Part shown: positions 38,194 through 48,217 of the stretch, one piece after another
How positions within the stretch are numbered: position 1 is the stretch's first letter
How the letters are laid out: every line of letters starts with the position of its first letter
Source of the DNA: Candidatus Omnitrophota bacterium
Lineage (GTDB): Bacteria; Omnitrophota; Gorgyraeia; Zapsychrales; Zapsychraceae
Length of the DNA: 64,000 bases
Direction: 5' to 3'
NCBI GenBank assembly: GCA_021108075.1
Contig: JAIORP010000100.1
Span: forward strand, 7,783-71,782
Notes under the pieces: generated by a model
Told to the model about the DNA's origin: nothing
The model's input: only the letters and a program-made list of their open reading frames with translations
Database searches by the model: none
Position numbers and translations under genes: made by a program

Positions 38194-39480
38194 ATGATAA
38201 CAAAATGGGTCAAATTTTTTGATACTCTGAATTCAGTCGTCATAAAAAAGTTTTTGCCATTTTTCGCCTGTTGTCTGTTCGTTATGATCATGTGCCCTGA
38301 TCGTGCTGTATCCCAATCGGACGTTCAACCTGGAAACAATGCTTACCGTGATTACATCGACTTTTTTGAAGAAGTGTATGACACAATGAATGATAATTAT
38401 TACCAATCAATTTCCCGATCAATGTTCGATTTGTTTATTAAGCAGTTCAACGATAAGATCTACAGCCAATTAAAATCGTCGGGCAAGTCCCTTGATTATA
38501 TCCGCTGGAGAAGCGCAGCTATGTTGGTCGATCATTTGATCACGTCGGAAGATGTGTTTTCCGCTTTTTATCCTCCAGCGCCCGCGAAAGAATATAAAGA
38601 AACGGCATTGGGCAAGCGGGTTGACTTGGGTATATCCGGGGAGAAGGTTAAAAAGGGTTTTGAGGTGACACATATTGAACCGCGATCGGATGCGTATGCA
38701 AAAGGACTCCGGGTCGGAGATGTTATTATCCGTATCGGGAAAAAGAAGATAAGGAAATTAGACAAAGCAACGATTGTTGATTTTTTAAATCCTTTGATAG
38801 ATACAAAAGTTTTATTGACTTATCTGGACCGGGGAAATATTAAAAAAAGAATTGAAGCCTTCAGCAAAGAATATTTTAAACAAACAGTTTTTTTGATCCC
38901 TGTTGAAGTCCCGGGAGTTTTTTGTTTGCGTATTGAACGTTTTAACAAAAAATCATCAGAAGATTTGTTCCGGTATCTTGGTTTGGTCAGGCAGGCCCAG
39001 CCATTGTACGGTTTGATTATTGATTTGCGAGGTAATCCCGGGGGCCCGCCCTTAGCCGCACGTGAAATTTCGTCGTTTTTTTTGCCGCCAGGAGATGACT
39101 TTGCCTATTTCCAAAAAAAAGGTCGGCCTAAAGCTCTTTTAGATGTTCCCCGGATTCCAGACAAGTTTCATTATCATGGGCCACTGGTTATCTTGATTGA
39201 TAAAAAGAGCGGAAGTGCTTCAGAATTGTTTTCTGGAATCCTCCAAAGGAAAGGGCGTGCGGTCCTGATGGGTACGAATAGTGCCGGACAGGTGATGCTG
39301 AAGAGCATGTTTCATTTTGATGATGAATCGATGTTGTTGTTGATTACTTCACGGGGCTATCATTCAGATGGGCGGCCGTTTAGCTTTGATGGATTAAGTC
39401 CTGACAGGCGTATCGAAGATGCAGAAGTCGATGTGCTAGAATATGCTGCGACGTATTTTTATTATTTAAGTCAAAAATAA
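38194..39480 (+). CDS. S41-family C-terminal processing peptidase with PDZ domain
   Basis: PDZ-like segment (GISGEKVKKGFEVTHIEPRSDAYAKGLRVGDVIIRIG). S41 core LIIDLRGNPGGPPLAAREI...VILIDKKSGSASELFSG. Start at ATG 38194 (track GTG 38182). Confidence 0.8.
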   Translation: MITKWVKFFDTLNSVVIKKFLPFFACCLFVMIMCPDRAVSQSDVQPGNNAYRDYIDFFEEVYDTMNDNYYQSISRSMFDLFIKQFNDKIYSQLKSSGKSLDYIRWRSAAMLVDHLITSEDVFSAFYPPAPAKEYKETALGKRVDLGISGEKVKKGFEVTHIEPRSDAYAKGLRVGDVIIRIGKKKIRKLDKATIVDFLNPLIDTKVLLTYLDRGNIKKRIEAFSKEYFKQTVFLIPVEVPGVFCLRIERFNKKSSEDLFRYLGLVRQAQPLYGLIIDLRGNPGGPPLAAREISSFFLPPGDDFAYFQKKGRPKALLDVPRIPDKFHYHGPLVILIDKKSGSASELFSGILQRKGRAVLMGTNSAGQVMLKSMFHFDDESMLLLITSRGYHSDGRPFSFDGLSPDRRIEDAEVDVLEYAATYFYYLSQK

Positions 39481-39491
39481 ATAAATGTCTG

Positions 39492-40226
39492 ATGAGAACA
39501 ATAAAAGATCAACATAAAATTTTAATTGTTGTGCCCGCCTATAACGAAGAAACAAATATTCGGAACGTGATTCAAGAAATACGTTCTTATGATAAAAGCT
39601 TAACGGTTCTTGTTGTTAATGATGGCTCGAAGGACGCGACATCCCGCATGGCGCAAGAAGCAGGGGCGGAGGTTTTGAACTTGCCGTACAACTTAGGTAT
39701 TGGCGGGGCCGTGCAGATGGGATTCATTTATGCGTTAAAGAATGATTTTGATTTTGTTGTTCAAGTGGATGGTGATGGGCAACACGATATCACCTTTATG
39801 GAGAACATAATGGAGCCGTTGCTAAATGAAAATATTGATATGGCGATCGGCTCGCGTTTTTTACCTCCGTATGTTGGTTACCGTTCTTCATTTGTCCGGC
39901 GTTTTGGGATTCATTTTTTCGCTTTCTTGATTAGCCGGCTGACGCAATATACCGTTACGGACCCCACATCAGGATTTCGTGCGTTCAATCGAAAGATGAT
40001 ACGTATTTTTGCGAAGTATTACCCTCAGGATTTTCCTGAGCCGGAAGCGATCGCCGTGGCCGCACGCTATAAATCCTTCGTTAAAGAGGTTCCTGTCCGA
40101 ATGCGCAGACGGGAAAACGGGCACAGTTCCATTAGATATTTAAGAACGTTGTATTACATGGTTAAGGTTACGTTTGCTTTATTCTTGGATAAATTAAAAG
40201 GCCGGGGGCAAGTTGTTGGCGATTAA
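39492..40226 (+). CDS. GT2 polyprenol-phosphate glycosyltransferase (DPM1/GtrB/ArnC-like)
   Basis: ILIVVPAYNEETNI...LVVNDGSKDAT...VQVDGDGQHD motifs. 244 aa soluble GT-A. Confidence 0.8.
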   Translation: MRTIKDQHKILIVVPAYNEETNIRNVIQEIRSYDKSLTVLVVNDGSKDATSRMAQEAGAEVLNLPYNLGIGGAVQMGFIYALKNDFDFVVQVDGDGQHDITFMENIMEPLLNENIDMAIGSRFLPPYVGYRSSFVRRFGIHFFAFLISRLTQYTVTDPTSGFRAFNRKMIRIFAKYYPQDFPEPEAIAVAARYKSFVKEVPVRMRRRENGHSSIRYLRTLYYMVKVTFALFLDKLKGRGQVVGD

Positions 40227-40253
40227 AGTACATTATTTGATGAGGCTGACGTT

Positions 40254-40604
40254 ATGGCAAAATTGATAACTATCGGAATCAGTTGTTTTTTAATCCTCAG
40301 CGTTGTTGAACTCATTCGAAAAGAGAAATTGACGTTCAAATACGCATCGTTGTGGCTTACCGTGTCATTCCTGGCGCTTGTATTCGCGATATTCAACTCC
40401 TGGCTGTTTAAGTTGTCTGAAGTTTTAGGCTTCGTCCTGCCCAGTAATTTTATATTTTTTTCATTGTTGATCGTTTTAACATTGCTTATATTTGTGGTCA
40501 CGCTGTTTTTATGTCAACAAAATCGGCATAATGACACGATCGCTCAAAAGATTGCTTTATTAGAGCATGAATTGGAATCATTGAAGAAAAATAAAAAAAG
40601 ATAA
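40254..40604 (+). CDS. Small membrane protein (DUF2304-like, GT2-associated)
   Basis: 116 aa with 3 TM helices and a coiled C-terminus. Typical genomic partner of DPM1-like GT2 enzymes. Confidence 0.5.
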   Translation: MAKLITIGISCFLILSVVELIRKEKLTFKYASLWLTVSFLALVFAIFNSWLFKLSEVLGFVLPSNFIFFSLLIVLTLLIFVVTLFLCQQNRHNDTIAQKIALLEHELESLKKNKKR

Positions 40605-40605
40605 C

Positions 40606-41286
40606 ATGGCACAAGATCGTTCAAATAATATCTTAGCGCGCGAACAAGATTGGAATAAATATTGGCGTATGGACAATGTCCGGCGTGGCGGGCAATTGAG
40701 CTGGTCCAAAAAACGCATTGTGTTTTTACTGCAATCCTTTCTTGGGCGCAAGCAAAAAATCCTGGACGCGGGTTGTGGGAGCGGTTTTTTTTCGAAGCAT
40801 TTTTATGATTTAGGGCATCGTGTCTGTTCATTGGATTATTCGCAGGAAGCCCTTAAGTCAACGCAACAATTGACCAATAATAAAACTCATCTGATTTGTA
40901 AGGATATGCTGGCGGATGATTTTTGCGCGACGATGGACTCAGACTATGATGTCATTTTTTCAGATGGGTTGTTGGAACATTTCGGATGTTCACAGCAACA
41001 GAGAATCCTGGGGCATTTTTCACAAATATTATCTGAAAAGGGAATGATTGTGACATTTGTCCCGAACAAATGGTCTCCATGGCAATTGATTCGGCCTTTC
41101 TATATGCCAGGGATCAAAGAGTCTCCGTTTGTTTTATCCGGTTTGTTAAGACTTCATTTTAAGTGTAATTTGCTCATCATTCAATCAGGGGGGGTGAATG
41201 TCTTGCCTTTTCGTTTTTCCCCCGAAAAAATTTTCGGTCAATATTTCGGCATGTTGTTATATGCCATTGCCCGGAAAAAGACATAA
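40606..41286 (+). CDS. Class I SAM-dependent methyltransferase
   Basis: Motif I ILDAGCGSGFFS. Acidic motif II SLDYS. 226 aa. Confidence 0.75.
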   Translation: MAQDRSNNILAREQDWNKYWRMDNVRRGGQLSWSKKRIVFLLQSFLGRKQKILDAGCGSGFFSKHFYDLGHRVCSLDYSQEALKSTQQLTNNKTHLICKDMLADDFCATMDSDYDVIFSDGLLEHFGCSQQQRILGHFSQILSEKGMIVTFVPNKWSPWQLIRPFYMPGIKESPFVLSGLLRLHFKCNLLIIQSGGVNVLPFRFSPEKIFGQYFGMLLYAIARKKT

Positions 41287-41310
41287 ATTCCGATAGATGC
41301 ATTCAGCCAC

Positions 41311-42318
41311 ATGAACGTCAAGTTGGTTTATATGGACCATAGGTCGGTCAGTGTCGTTGTTCCTGCCTACAATTGTGAATCCACGATTGCTCGGACAATA
41401 ACGGCTATAAAAAATCAATCTTTTAAGCCCAAAGACATTATCATCATTGATGATGGTTCCTGCGATGGGTCTGCCCACACAGTAAAATTTTTTCCTGAGG
41501 TAAAATATGTTTTTCAGCCTAACGCCGGTCCCGCGGCTGCGCGCAATAAAGGCGCTGAACTGGCTGAAGGGGAGGTGCTTTTTTTTACCGATTCAGACTG
41601 TATCCCGGCGAAGGATTGGATTGAGAAAATGATTCAACATTTTGATAGGCCGCTAATTGGCGCCGTAGCAGGCAGTTATGGGATCGCAAATGCGGATAAC
41701 CGCCTGGCGCGAGGCATTCATAACGAAATTCTTTTCCGGCACGATCATTTGATGCCGGAATATCCCTCCGCTTTTGGGAGCTATAATGTGGCGATTCGTA
41801 AGTCTGTTTTTCATCAGGTCGGAGGATTTGATGAATCTTATCGTTGGGCAAGCGGTGAAGATAATGATTTGAGCTACAAGCTTTTAAAGGCCGGGTTTAA
41901 AATTTATTTTGAAAGGGCGGCCAAAGTTGATCATTTTCATGCGACAAGTATATTCAGGTATCTAAAAGAACAGTACCGTCACGGGTTTTGGCGGGTTCGG
42001 TTGTATATGGCTCATCCCGATATGGTTAAGGGGGATAATTATACTTTTTGGAAAGATATTATTGAAATGCCTTTGGCTTTCTTGACTCTTGTGTTTTTGT
42101 TTTTCAGTGTTTTACCGTACGGGGCTGCTGTTATGCTCCTCATAGTGTTATTATTTAACGGTTTTATGCAGTTAATTTTTTCTTGTATGACTGAAAATAC
42201 TATTTATGATGCTATTTATTATTCTTTCATTTTATTCGTGAGGAGTTATCTGAGGTTCTTTGGTTTGTCGACGGGGATTTGCTTCTTTTTCTTTGAGAAA
42301 TTTTCAAAAAAAAATTAA
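41311..42318 (+). CDS. GT2 glycosyltransferase with C-terminal membrane anchor
   Basis: VSVVVPAYNCESTI...IIIDDGSCDGS...LFFTDSDCIP (DXD). C-terminal ~3 TM helices. Confidence 0.8.
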   Translation: MNVKLVYMDHRSVSVVVPAYNCESTIARTITAIKNQSFKPKDIIIIDDGSCDGSAHTVKFFPEVKYVFQPNAGPAAARNKGAELAEGEVLFFTDSDCIPAKDWIEKMIQHFDRPLIGAVAGSYGIANADNRLARGIHNEILFRHDHLMPEYPSAFGSYNVAIRKSVFHQVGGFDESYRWASGEDNDLSYKLLKAGFKIYFERAAKVDHFHATSIFRYLKEQYRHGFWRVRLYMAHPDMVKGDNYTFWKDIIEMPLAFLTLVFLFFSVLPYGAAVMLLIVLLFNGFMQLIFSCMTENTIYDAIYYSFILFVRSYLRFFGLSTGICFFFFEKFSKKN

Positions 42319-42391
42319 ATAAATGTTGCAGGCCCAGAGGTGTATGTTAGAATCAAAAATGTAATTGCAAATATAACTAGTAATTATATTT

Positions 42392-43297
42392 ATGAGATTT
42401 CCATTCACAACTTCAAAAGTCGGCTATTATTCTGTCTTGGGCTTTAAAAAAGAACCCTTTTCTACGAGTCCTGACCCTGCCTTCTTTTATCCCACAAAAC
42501 AACATGAGACAGCATTGACAAATTTATTGATTGAACTCAGGCTTCGCCGGGGACTGTCGGTTATTTTTGGAGACGTCGGAACGGGTAAAACAACATTGTC
42601 AAGACGGCTGCTTCATGAGTTAAATAAACGTAAAGATGTTATTTTTCACATGATTTTGAACCCTGCTTTCGATGGTGAACAGCATTTTTTAATATCTCTG
42701 ATCAGGAATTTTAGTATTGATATTCCGAAGGACCGTAAATTGAAAGATCTGGACCTTATGGAGTTGAGAGATATTATCGAGCGGTTTCTTATTCATAAAA
42801 CGTTAGAAGAGAACCGAACGGTTGTCCTGATTATTGATGAGGCCCAGAAAATGGATCTGGCCTCATTGGAAACCCTGAGGATTTTGTTGAATTTTGAAAC
42901 GAATGATCATAAGCTCATTCAGCTGATTCTCCTCGGGCAATTAGAATTGTATGCCAGGGTCGTCCATATGTCCAACTTTATGGACCGCATTAGTTTCCGT
43001 TACACGTTGAATCCTCTTAGCGTTGAAGAAACAAAAGAATTGATCCTGTTTCGAATTAATAAAGCGGGTTATGAAAGTCAACAAAGAATTTTTTTAGATG
43101 ATGCTATCAGTGAGATCTATACTCAAACCAAAGGCTATCCTCGAAAAATAAATATGCTTTGTCATAAGGCTCTTAAAGAGCTCATCCTGCAACAGCATTC
43201 TATTATCGACGCGCCTTTTATTAAAGAAATTTTTGTTAAGCAAGAAATGACACCCGGTTCCGTCAAGGATGGTTTTGTGTCTGCGAACCGTTCGTAA
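42392..43297 (+). CDS. ExeA/GspA/MshM-type AAA ATPase (secretin-associated)
   Basis: AAA_22 Walker A FGDVGTGKTTLSRRL and Walker B LIIDEAQ. 301 aa. Lies upstream of the secretin. Confidence 0.75.
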   Translation: MRFPFTTSKVGYYSVLGFKKEPFSTSPDPAFFYPTKQHETALTNLLIELRLRRGLSVIFGDVGTGKTTLSRRLLHELNKRKDVIFHMILNPAFDGEQHFLISLIRNFSIDIPKDRKLKDLDLMELRDIIERFLIHKTLEENRTVVLIIDEAQKMDLASLETLRILLNFETNDHKLIQLILLGQLELYARVVHMSNFMDRISFRYTLNPLSVEETKELILFRINKAGYESQQRIFLDDAISEIYTQTKGYPRKINMLCHKALKELILQQHSIIDAPFIKEIFVKQEMTPGSVKDGFVSANRS

Positions 43298-43349
43298 AAA
43301 AAAACATTTTTATCTTGAACTAAATAAATAGAAATATAAGATTAATAAT

Positions 43350-43979
43350 ATGGTTGCAAAACAAGAAACGGCTGAGCAAAAATTATTAAAAATGATTGAA
43401 GCCTCTGCGGCTAAGAAGAGTCCGACGCCTGAAGTGCAAGTTGAGCAGAAGGTTAAGAAAAAGATTTCTTTTTTAACTTTAATAAAACGAATCAACTTGG
43501 TGCTAATTATTATAGTTTTATTTGTCGGCTTCGAATTGTTTCGCGGTATAAACGCCGGCACGCAGTTGTTAAGCCGAAAGTTGCAATTAACGGCAACCGT
43601 TAAGGCCTCGTCGGCAAACCTGCATCAATCAAATTATGTTGATATTCAACAGTTGGCCTTTTATGTCGCTCCGGTTGAAGAGAGAAATATTTTTCAGCCT
43701 TACCAGGAAAAAAGCAGGACGGCAACTGACCAGTCAGTTGAGGACATCAAAAAAATTGTTCTGTTGTCCGAAAATTATAGACTTGTCGGTGTCGCCTGGC
43801 TTGATAAAATTGAAACAGCCTCGGTTATGATTGAAGACACCGAGAAAGAGATTACCTATTTTTTGCATAAAGGGGAAAAGATAGGCGATATAATTGTAAA
43901 AACCATTTATGCCGACAGTGCTTTATTAGGCTATGAAAATGAGGAGATGATAATACGATATGATAAATCACAAATGTAA
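43350..43979 (+). CDS. Hypothetical bitopic membrane protein, possibly pilus/secretin accessory (PilP/GspB-like)
   Basis: Single TM (LVLIIIVLFVGFELF). C-terminal beta-rich domain (EITYFLHKGEKIGDIIVKTI). Position between the ExeA-like ATPase and the secretin. Confidence 0.35.
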   Translation: MVAKQETAEQKLLKMIEASAAKKSPTPEVQVEQKVKKKISFLTLIKRINLVLIIIVLFVGFELFRGINAGTQLLSRKLQLTATVKASSANLHQSNYVDIQQLAFYVAPVEERNIFQPYQEKSRTATDQSVEDIKKIVLLSENYRLVGVAWLDKIETASVMIEDTEKEITYFLHKGEKIGDIIVKTIYADSALLGYENEEMIIRYDKSQM

Positions 43980-45552
43980 GATTAAAAGACCTCTTTTTTT
44001 CTGCTTTTTATTGTCCATATGTGTCGTCAACTGTGCGACTTTGAGTTACGCTGCTAAGCCAAAACCGATTGTGATCAAAAAACAAAAAGAGTCCATATTT
44101 ACGCGGATGGAACGCAAGATCACCCTTGATGTCAGAGACATGAATATCGTTGATGTCATCAAGTTTTTGGCCCTAAAAGGTGAATTTAATATTGTCATAA
44201 GCCCAACCGTTAATGGACGCTCGACGGTATTATTGAACAATGTCACGATCCGTAATGCTTTAGATATTGTGATCATATCGAATCAGCTCGCGTATGAAGT
44301 TGAGGGCAATATCATTCAGATTATGAGTTCAGTCGAATATGAGGCGCTATACGGAAAAAGATTTGGTGATAAAACCATTGTTAGTATTATCCGGTTGAAA
44401 TATTCAAAGCCGAGTTATGTCTTGGCTGCTCTGGATAATATTAAGAGTAACGTTGGAAAAATTATTATTGATGAGGACACGGGTTCCGTCGTGATGATTG
44501 ACACGCCAGATGCAATAGAAAAAATGAAATTAGCGATTAAGGAAATAGAAAAACCGTTAAAAACAGTTATATATGATCTGCAATATGCTAACGCAAACAT
44601 CATTGCTAATAAGCTCCGTGCGCGTATCGATGCCAAAGCCGTTGGATCAATCACCCCTGATGAGAGATCAAATAAAATTATTATCCGCGCGTTCCCTGAT
44701 CGGGTAAAAGAAGTCCGGGCGATCATAAAAGAGTTGGATACGATCACGAAAGAAGTGCTTGTCAATGCCCGCATTTTGCAGATTGTTTTGAAACCTCAGT
44801 ATGACGTCGGGATTGACTGGCAGATGGATTTCAGGGGCAGTTCCTATGACGGCCTGAAGAAAGTGTCTTTCAATAATATTTATCTCGACAAAAATAACAT
44901 TTCATCGTCGGACAATTTAAAGACAACATTTGGTCAAATTGCTGTGGGAGACTTCAGCGCGGATCAGTTTGAGGTGGCTATACGTGCGTTGAGACAGGTG
45001 AGTGACACGAAAATTTTGTCCAATCCGCAATTGTTGGTAACCAATAATGAAGAAGCCCGTATTCATATCGGCGATACGGTTCCCTATATTATTTCAACCA
45101 CATCCGGAACCGGTGATAGTGCCATCACGAGTGAAGATGTCCGTTTTGTTGACGTCGGGTTAAAGCTGAACGTAACTCCTTCCATTAATGATGATGGATT
45201 TGTCACAATGCGATTGAGACCGGAGATTTCTACCGTCGTTGCTTCTGTCGAGTCCCAGGGCGGAGGCATCCCTCAGGTCAATAAAACAGAGGTTGACACA
45301 ACTGTTATGGTCAAGGACGGCAATACGATTATTTTAGGCGGATTAAAGCGTAATGATAAAGTCCATATGAAAAAAGGATTTCCTGTTTTGATGGATCTTC
45401 CATTCTTTGGCACCTTGTTCAGCCGGACGGATGACAATTACACGACGACAGAAATTGCCATTTTTATAACCCCTCATATTATAAAAGGCGATGACGATTA
45501 CACCTTGCTCAGAGGAACAATTAAACCTTTTAAATCATATAGTACTGATTAA
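43960..45552 (+). CDS. Secretin (GspD/PilQ/MshL family outer-membrane channel)
   Basis: Signal peptide, N-terminal secretin_N-like domain. C-terminal secretin core (LSNPQLLVTNNEEARIHIGDTVPYI...TTVMVKDGNTIILGGL...PVLMDLPFFGTLF). Confidence 0.85.
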   Translation: MINHKCKIKRPLFFCFLLSICVVNCATLSYAAKPKPIVIKKQKESIFTRMERKITLDVRDMNIVDVIKFLALKGEFNIVISPTVNGRSTVLLNNVTIRNALDIVIISNQLAYEVEGNIIQIMSSVEYEALYGKRFGDKTIVSIIRLKYSKPSYVLAALDNIKSNVGKIIIDEDTGSVVMIDTPDAIEKMKLAIKEIEKPLKTVIYDLQYANANIIANKLRARIDAKAVGSITPDERSNKIIIRAFPDRVKEVRAIIKELDTITKEVLVNARILQIVLKPQYDVGIDWQMDFRGSSYDGLKKVSFNNIYLDKNNISSSDNLKTTFGQIAVGDFSADQFEVAIRALRQVSDTKILSNPQLLVTNNEEARIHIGDTVPYIISTTSGTGDSAITSEDVRFVDVGLKLNVTPSINDDGFVTMRLRPEISTVVASVESQGGGIPQVNKTEVDTTVMVKDGNTIILGGLKRNDKVHMKKGFPVLMDLPFFGTLFSRTDDNYTTTEIAIFITPHIIKGDDDYTLLRGTIKPFKSYSTD

Positions 45553-45584
45553 TAAGTTGTCTTAACAATAAAGAGGGCCAAGAT

Positions 45585-46469
45585 ATGTTTACAAAAAATT
45601 ATTTTAAAAGAACACGTGATGTTTTTTGTGGGGTTTTGTTTTTAAGTTTATGTTTTTCAGTCGTTTTTTTCTCTGATGTGCAGGCAGACATTAGAGAAAG
45701 ACAAGCGGTCGAAATCAATAAAAGCTTAAAAACTTTAATTGAAGAAAATCAACGCTTAGTGGACGACAATGATGGTTTGAAATTTGAGCTCAGAAAAATG
45801 AAAGGCAATATGGATAATCGTTCCTCTTTCGAATCTTTGAAGCAGGAAAAGGAAGACATCGCGGGAAGATATAAAAGAATAGAGAAAGTCAACCAACGTT
45901 ATTCCCGGAAGATAAGAGCCCTTGAGGATCAAATAGAGAAATTGAAACAAGAGGACGATGTTAAGTCTTCTCAGATCGGCAATGAATTTGATGACCAGGA
46001 TTATTTAAGAAATTTGCAAAAAGATTATAATATGCAACTTGTTTCTTCCGGCGATAAAGATGTTGAAACGTCAGAGGTTACGCAAAGAGAGATCAGTACG
46101 ATTGAACTGTTGACGAGTATTGATGCTTTTATTGAGGATGATGAACGCGTACGCTCAGACGCGGCAAAAGCTCATTACAATATGGGCAATATTTATTTTC
46201 AAAAGGGGAAGTATGAAATTGCTTACAGGGAATATTATCAAGCTGTGAATTTAATGCCCGATGATCCGGATTCTCATTACAATCTGGCATTTGTCAGCGG
46301 CGAGTATCTTAAGGATTTTAAGACGGCTTTAAAACATTACAAAATGTACATGTATTTAAAGCCACAGGCGAAAGATTCCAATTTGGTTAGACAGAAGATA
46401 ATGGAAGCTGAGTTAGAAATTAGAAGCATGACAGATTCCCCTTTAGAAGATGGCGATTATTTAAGATAA
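45585..46469 (+). CDS. Secreted coiled-coil / TPR-repeat protein (MshN/PilF-like)
   Basis: Signal peptide, coiled-coil. TPR units (AHYNMGNIYFQKGKYEIAYREYYQAVNLMPDDPDSHYNLAF). Confidence 0.55.
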   Translation: MFTKNYFKRTRDVFCGVLFLSLCFSVVFFSDVQADIRERQAVEINKSLKTLIEENQRLVDDNDGLKFELRKMKGNMDNRSSFESLKQEKEDIAGRYKRIEKVNQRYSRKIRALEDQIEKLKQEDDVKSSQIGNEFDDQDYLRNLQKDYNMQLVSSGDKDVETSEVTQREISTIELLTSIDAFIEDDERVRSDAAKAHYNMGNIYFQKGKYEIAYREYYQAVNLMPDDPDSHYNLAFVSGEYLKDFKTALKHYKMYMYLKPQAKDSNLVRQKIMEAELEIRSMTDSPLEDGDYLR

Positions 46470-46621
46470 TTTGACATGTTTGTACTTATTAGGAATTGAA
46501 TCACTTTCGGTTTATTGGATAAATAAAATTTAAAAAAATAAATGTACAGTTCTGCTGGTGCATTTCGTGTATTGTTTTCCATATTATATATATAACAAAA
46601 TTAATAATAATTAGAGGTGAT

Positions 46622-48214
46622 ATGAAAAACAAACAGTTTTTTATTGAATGCTTCATCCTGCTCCTCATCCTTTTGCTTTCATCAGGGCATTCCTGCTACG
46701 CGAACAATCTAAACATTACGAATGTAACCTTAACGGAGAGAAACCCTTCTGCCGGAACGGTCGTGGTTGAATTTGATGTGTCCTGGGAGAATTCCTGGCG
46801 CACAAAAATTAACCACGATGCCGTATGGTTAACTGTCCGTTTATATAAATCCACCGTAACTCCCACCAATAAAATTCTCTCTCCTCTAACCGAAAGTGGT
46901 TTGAACCCTCAAGGCATATATACAGGTTCAACATCCCAAGTTGAGCTTTATGTCCCTGCTGATAAATGGGGGGTATTTATCCGGCCTGCAGCTTATGGAA
47001 AATTTTCAACGATTACGGCTGAGGCTGTTCAGCTGACCATTGATTACGGAACAGCTGGATTTAGTTCTTCAGATGATGTTTATGTTAGTCTCATGGGTGT
47101 CGAAATGGTTCTGGTTCCTTCAGGGACTTTTTTTGCGGGTGATTTTGATTCCAGTACGGCAGCCCTCGACCAGGGAACGGCAGATTCTGATCCCTGGGTG
47201 ATCTCCAATGATTTGATGATTAATGTGACAAATCCCAGTAACAACGGTTATCGGTATGTGTCCAATAATAATCCGGGTGAAGATCCTACGGGCGCCACCT
47301 TTACGATCAGTTCCGCGTTTCCTGTTGGCTATTATGCATTTTATGTTATGAAGTATGAAATCACGGAAGGGCAATGGATCGAATTCATCAATGCGTTACC
47401 ATCAAATAGCGCCCGACTGAACAGGGATATAACGGATAGTGCCCATAAGAACACGGACAGCGTGATTAATCGAAATACCGTCACTTGCTCCGGCTCGCCA
47501 CTTTCTTGTTCGTCATCCCGTCCGAACAGATCGTTGAGTTTTATAACTTGGATGGATTTAGCTTCTTTTTTAGATTGGATGGCATTGCGACCCATGAGTG
47601 AACTTGAATTCGAGAAATTATCCCGGGGACCTTTGTTGGCTGAGACCTCAGAGTTTGCCTGGGGCGACACGAACATCACTTCAGCGACGACGATTTCTGC
47701 TGGTGATGAGGTTGGCAACGAAACAATTACAACAACAGGAGCAAATGCCCATTTTAACAACATGACCCTAACAGGTGGCGACACCGGCTATGGAACGGGA
47801 TACACCCAGGGGCCGTTACGTGGCGGTATTTTTGCGACAGGCCAGTCCACACGGGAAACGTCAGGAGCCACATATTACGGCGTTTTAGATGTCTCCGGGA
47901 ATTTAAGAGAACGTGTTGTTACGTTCGGCAATGCCAGTGGGCGGTTATTCGACGGCAGCCATGGCGATGGTGACTTGACAACCGTGAGCGGTTATGAAGG
48001 TAATGCTACGAACAGCGACTGGCCGGGAATGGACACGAATACGGCACGCGGAGTTACCGGTGCGAATGGCTCTGGTTTTCGTGGAGGCGCTTGGGATTCT
48101 CAGTCGAGTGGTGACTTATTAAGAGTTTCTGACCGGACAGAGGCAGCCTTGTCGACGACATCCGCTTTTAATAATGCCGGCGGCCGCGGCGTAAGGACTT
48201 ACGAAGGTGAATAA
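46622..48214 (+). CDS. Secreted FGE-sulfatase/SUMF1-domain protein, paralog 1
   Basis: Signal peptide. SWENSWRT motif. C-terminal SUMF1-like core (SFITWMDLASFLDWMALRPMSELEFEKLSRG...YGVLDVSGNLRE). AGAGGTGAT RBS. Confidence 0.6.
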   Translation: MKNKQFFIECFILLLILLLSSGHSCYANNLNITNVTLTERNPSAGTVVVEFDVSWENSWRTKINHDAVWLTVRLYKSTVTPTNKILSPLTESGLNPQGIYTGSTSQVELYVPADKWGVFIRPAAYGKFSTITAEAVQLTIDYGTAGFSSSDDVYVSLMGVEMVLVPSGTFFAGDFDSSTAALDQGTADSDPWVISNDLMINVTNPSNNGYRYVSNNNPGEDPTGATFTISSAFPVGYYAFYVMKYEITEGQWIEFINALPSNSARLNRDITDSAHKNTDSVINRNTVTCSGSPLSCSSSRPNRSLSFITWMDLASFLDWMALRPMSELEFEKLSRGPLLAETSEFAWGDTNITSATTISAGDEVGNETITTTGANAHFNNMTLTGGDTGYGTGYTQGPLRGGIFATGQSTRETSGATYYGVLDVSGNLRERVVTFGNASGRLFDGSHGDGDLTTVSGYEGNATNSDWPGMDTNTARGVTGANGSGFRGGAWDSQSSGDLLRVSDRTEAALSTTSAFNNAGGRGVRTYEGE

Positions 48215-48217
48215 AAA

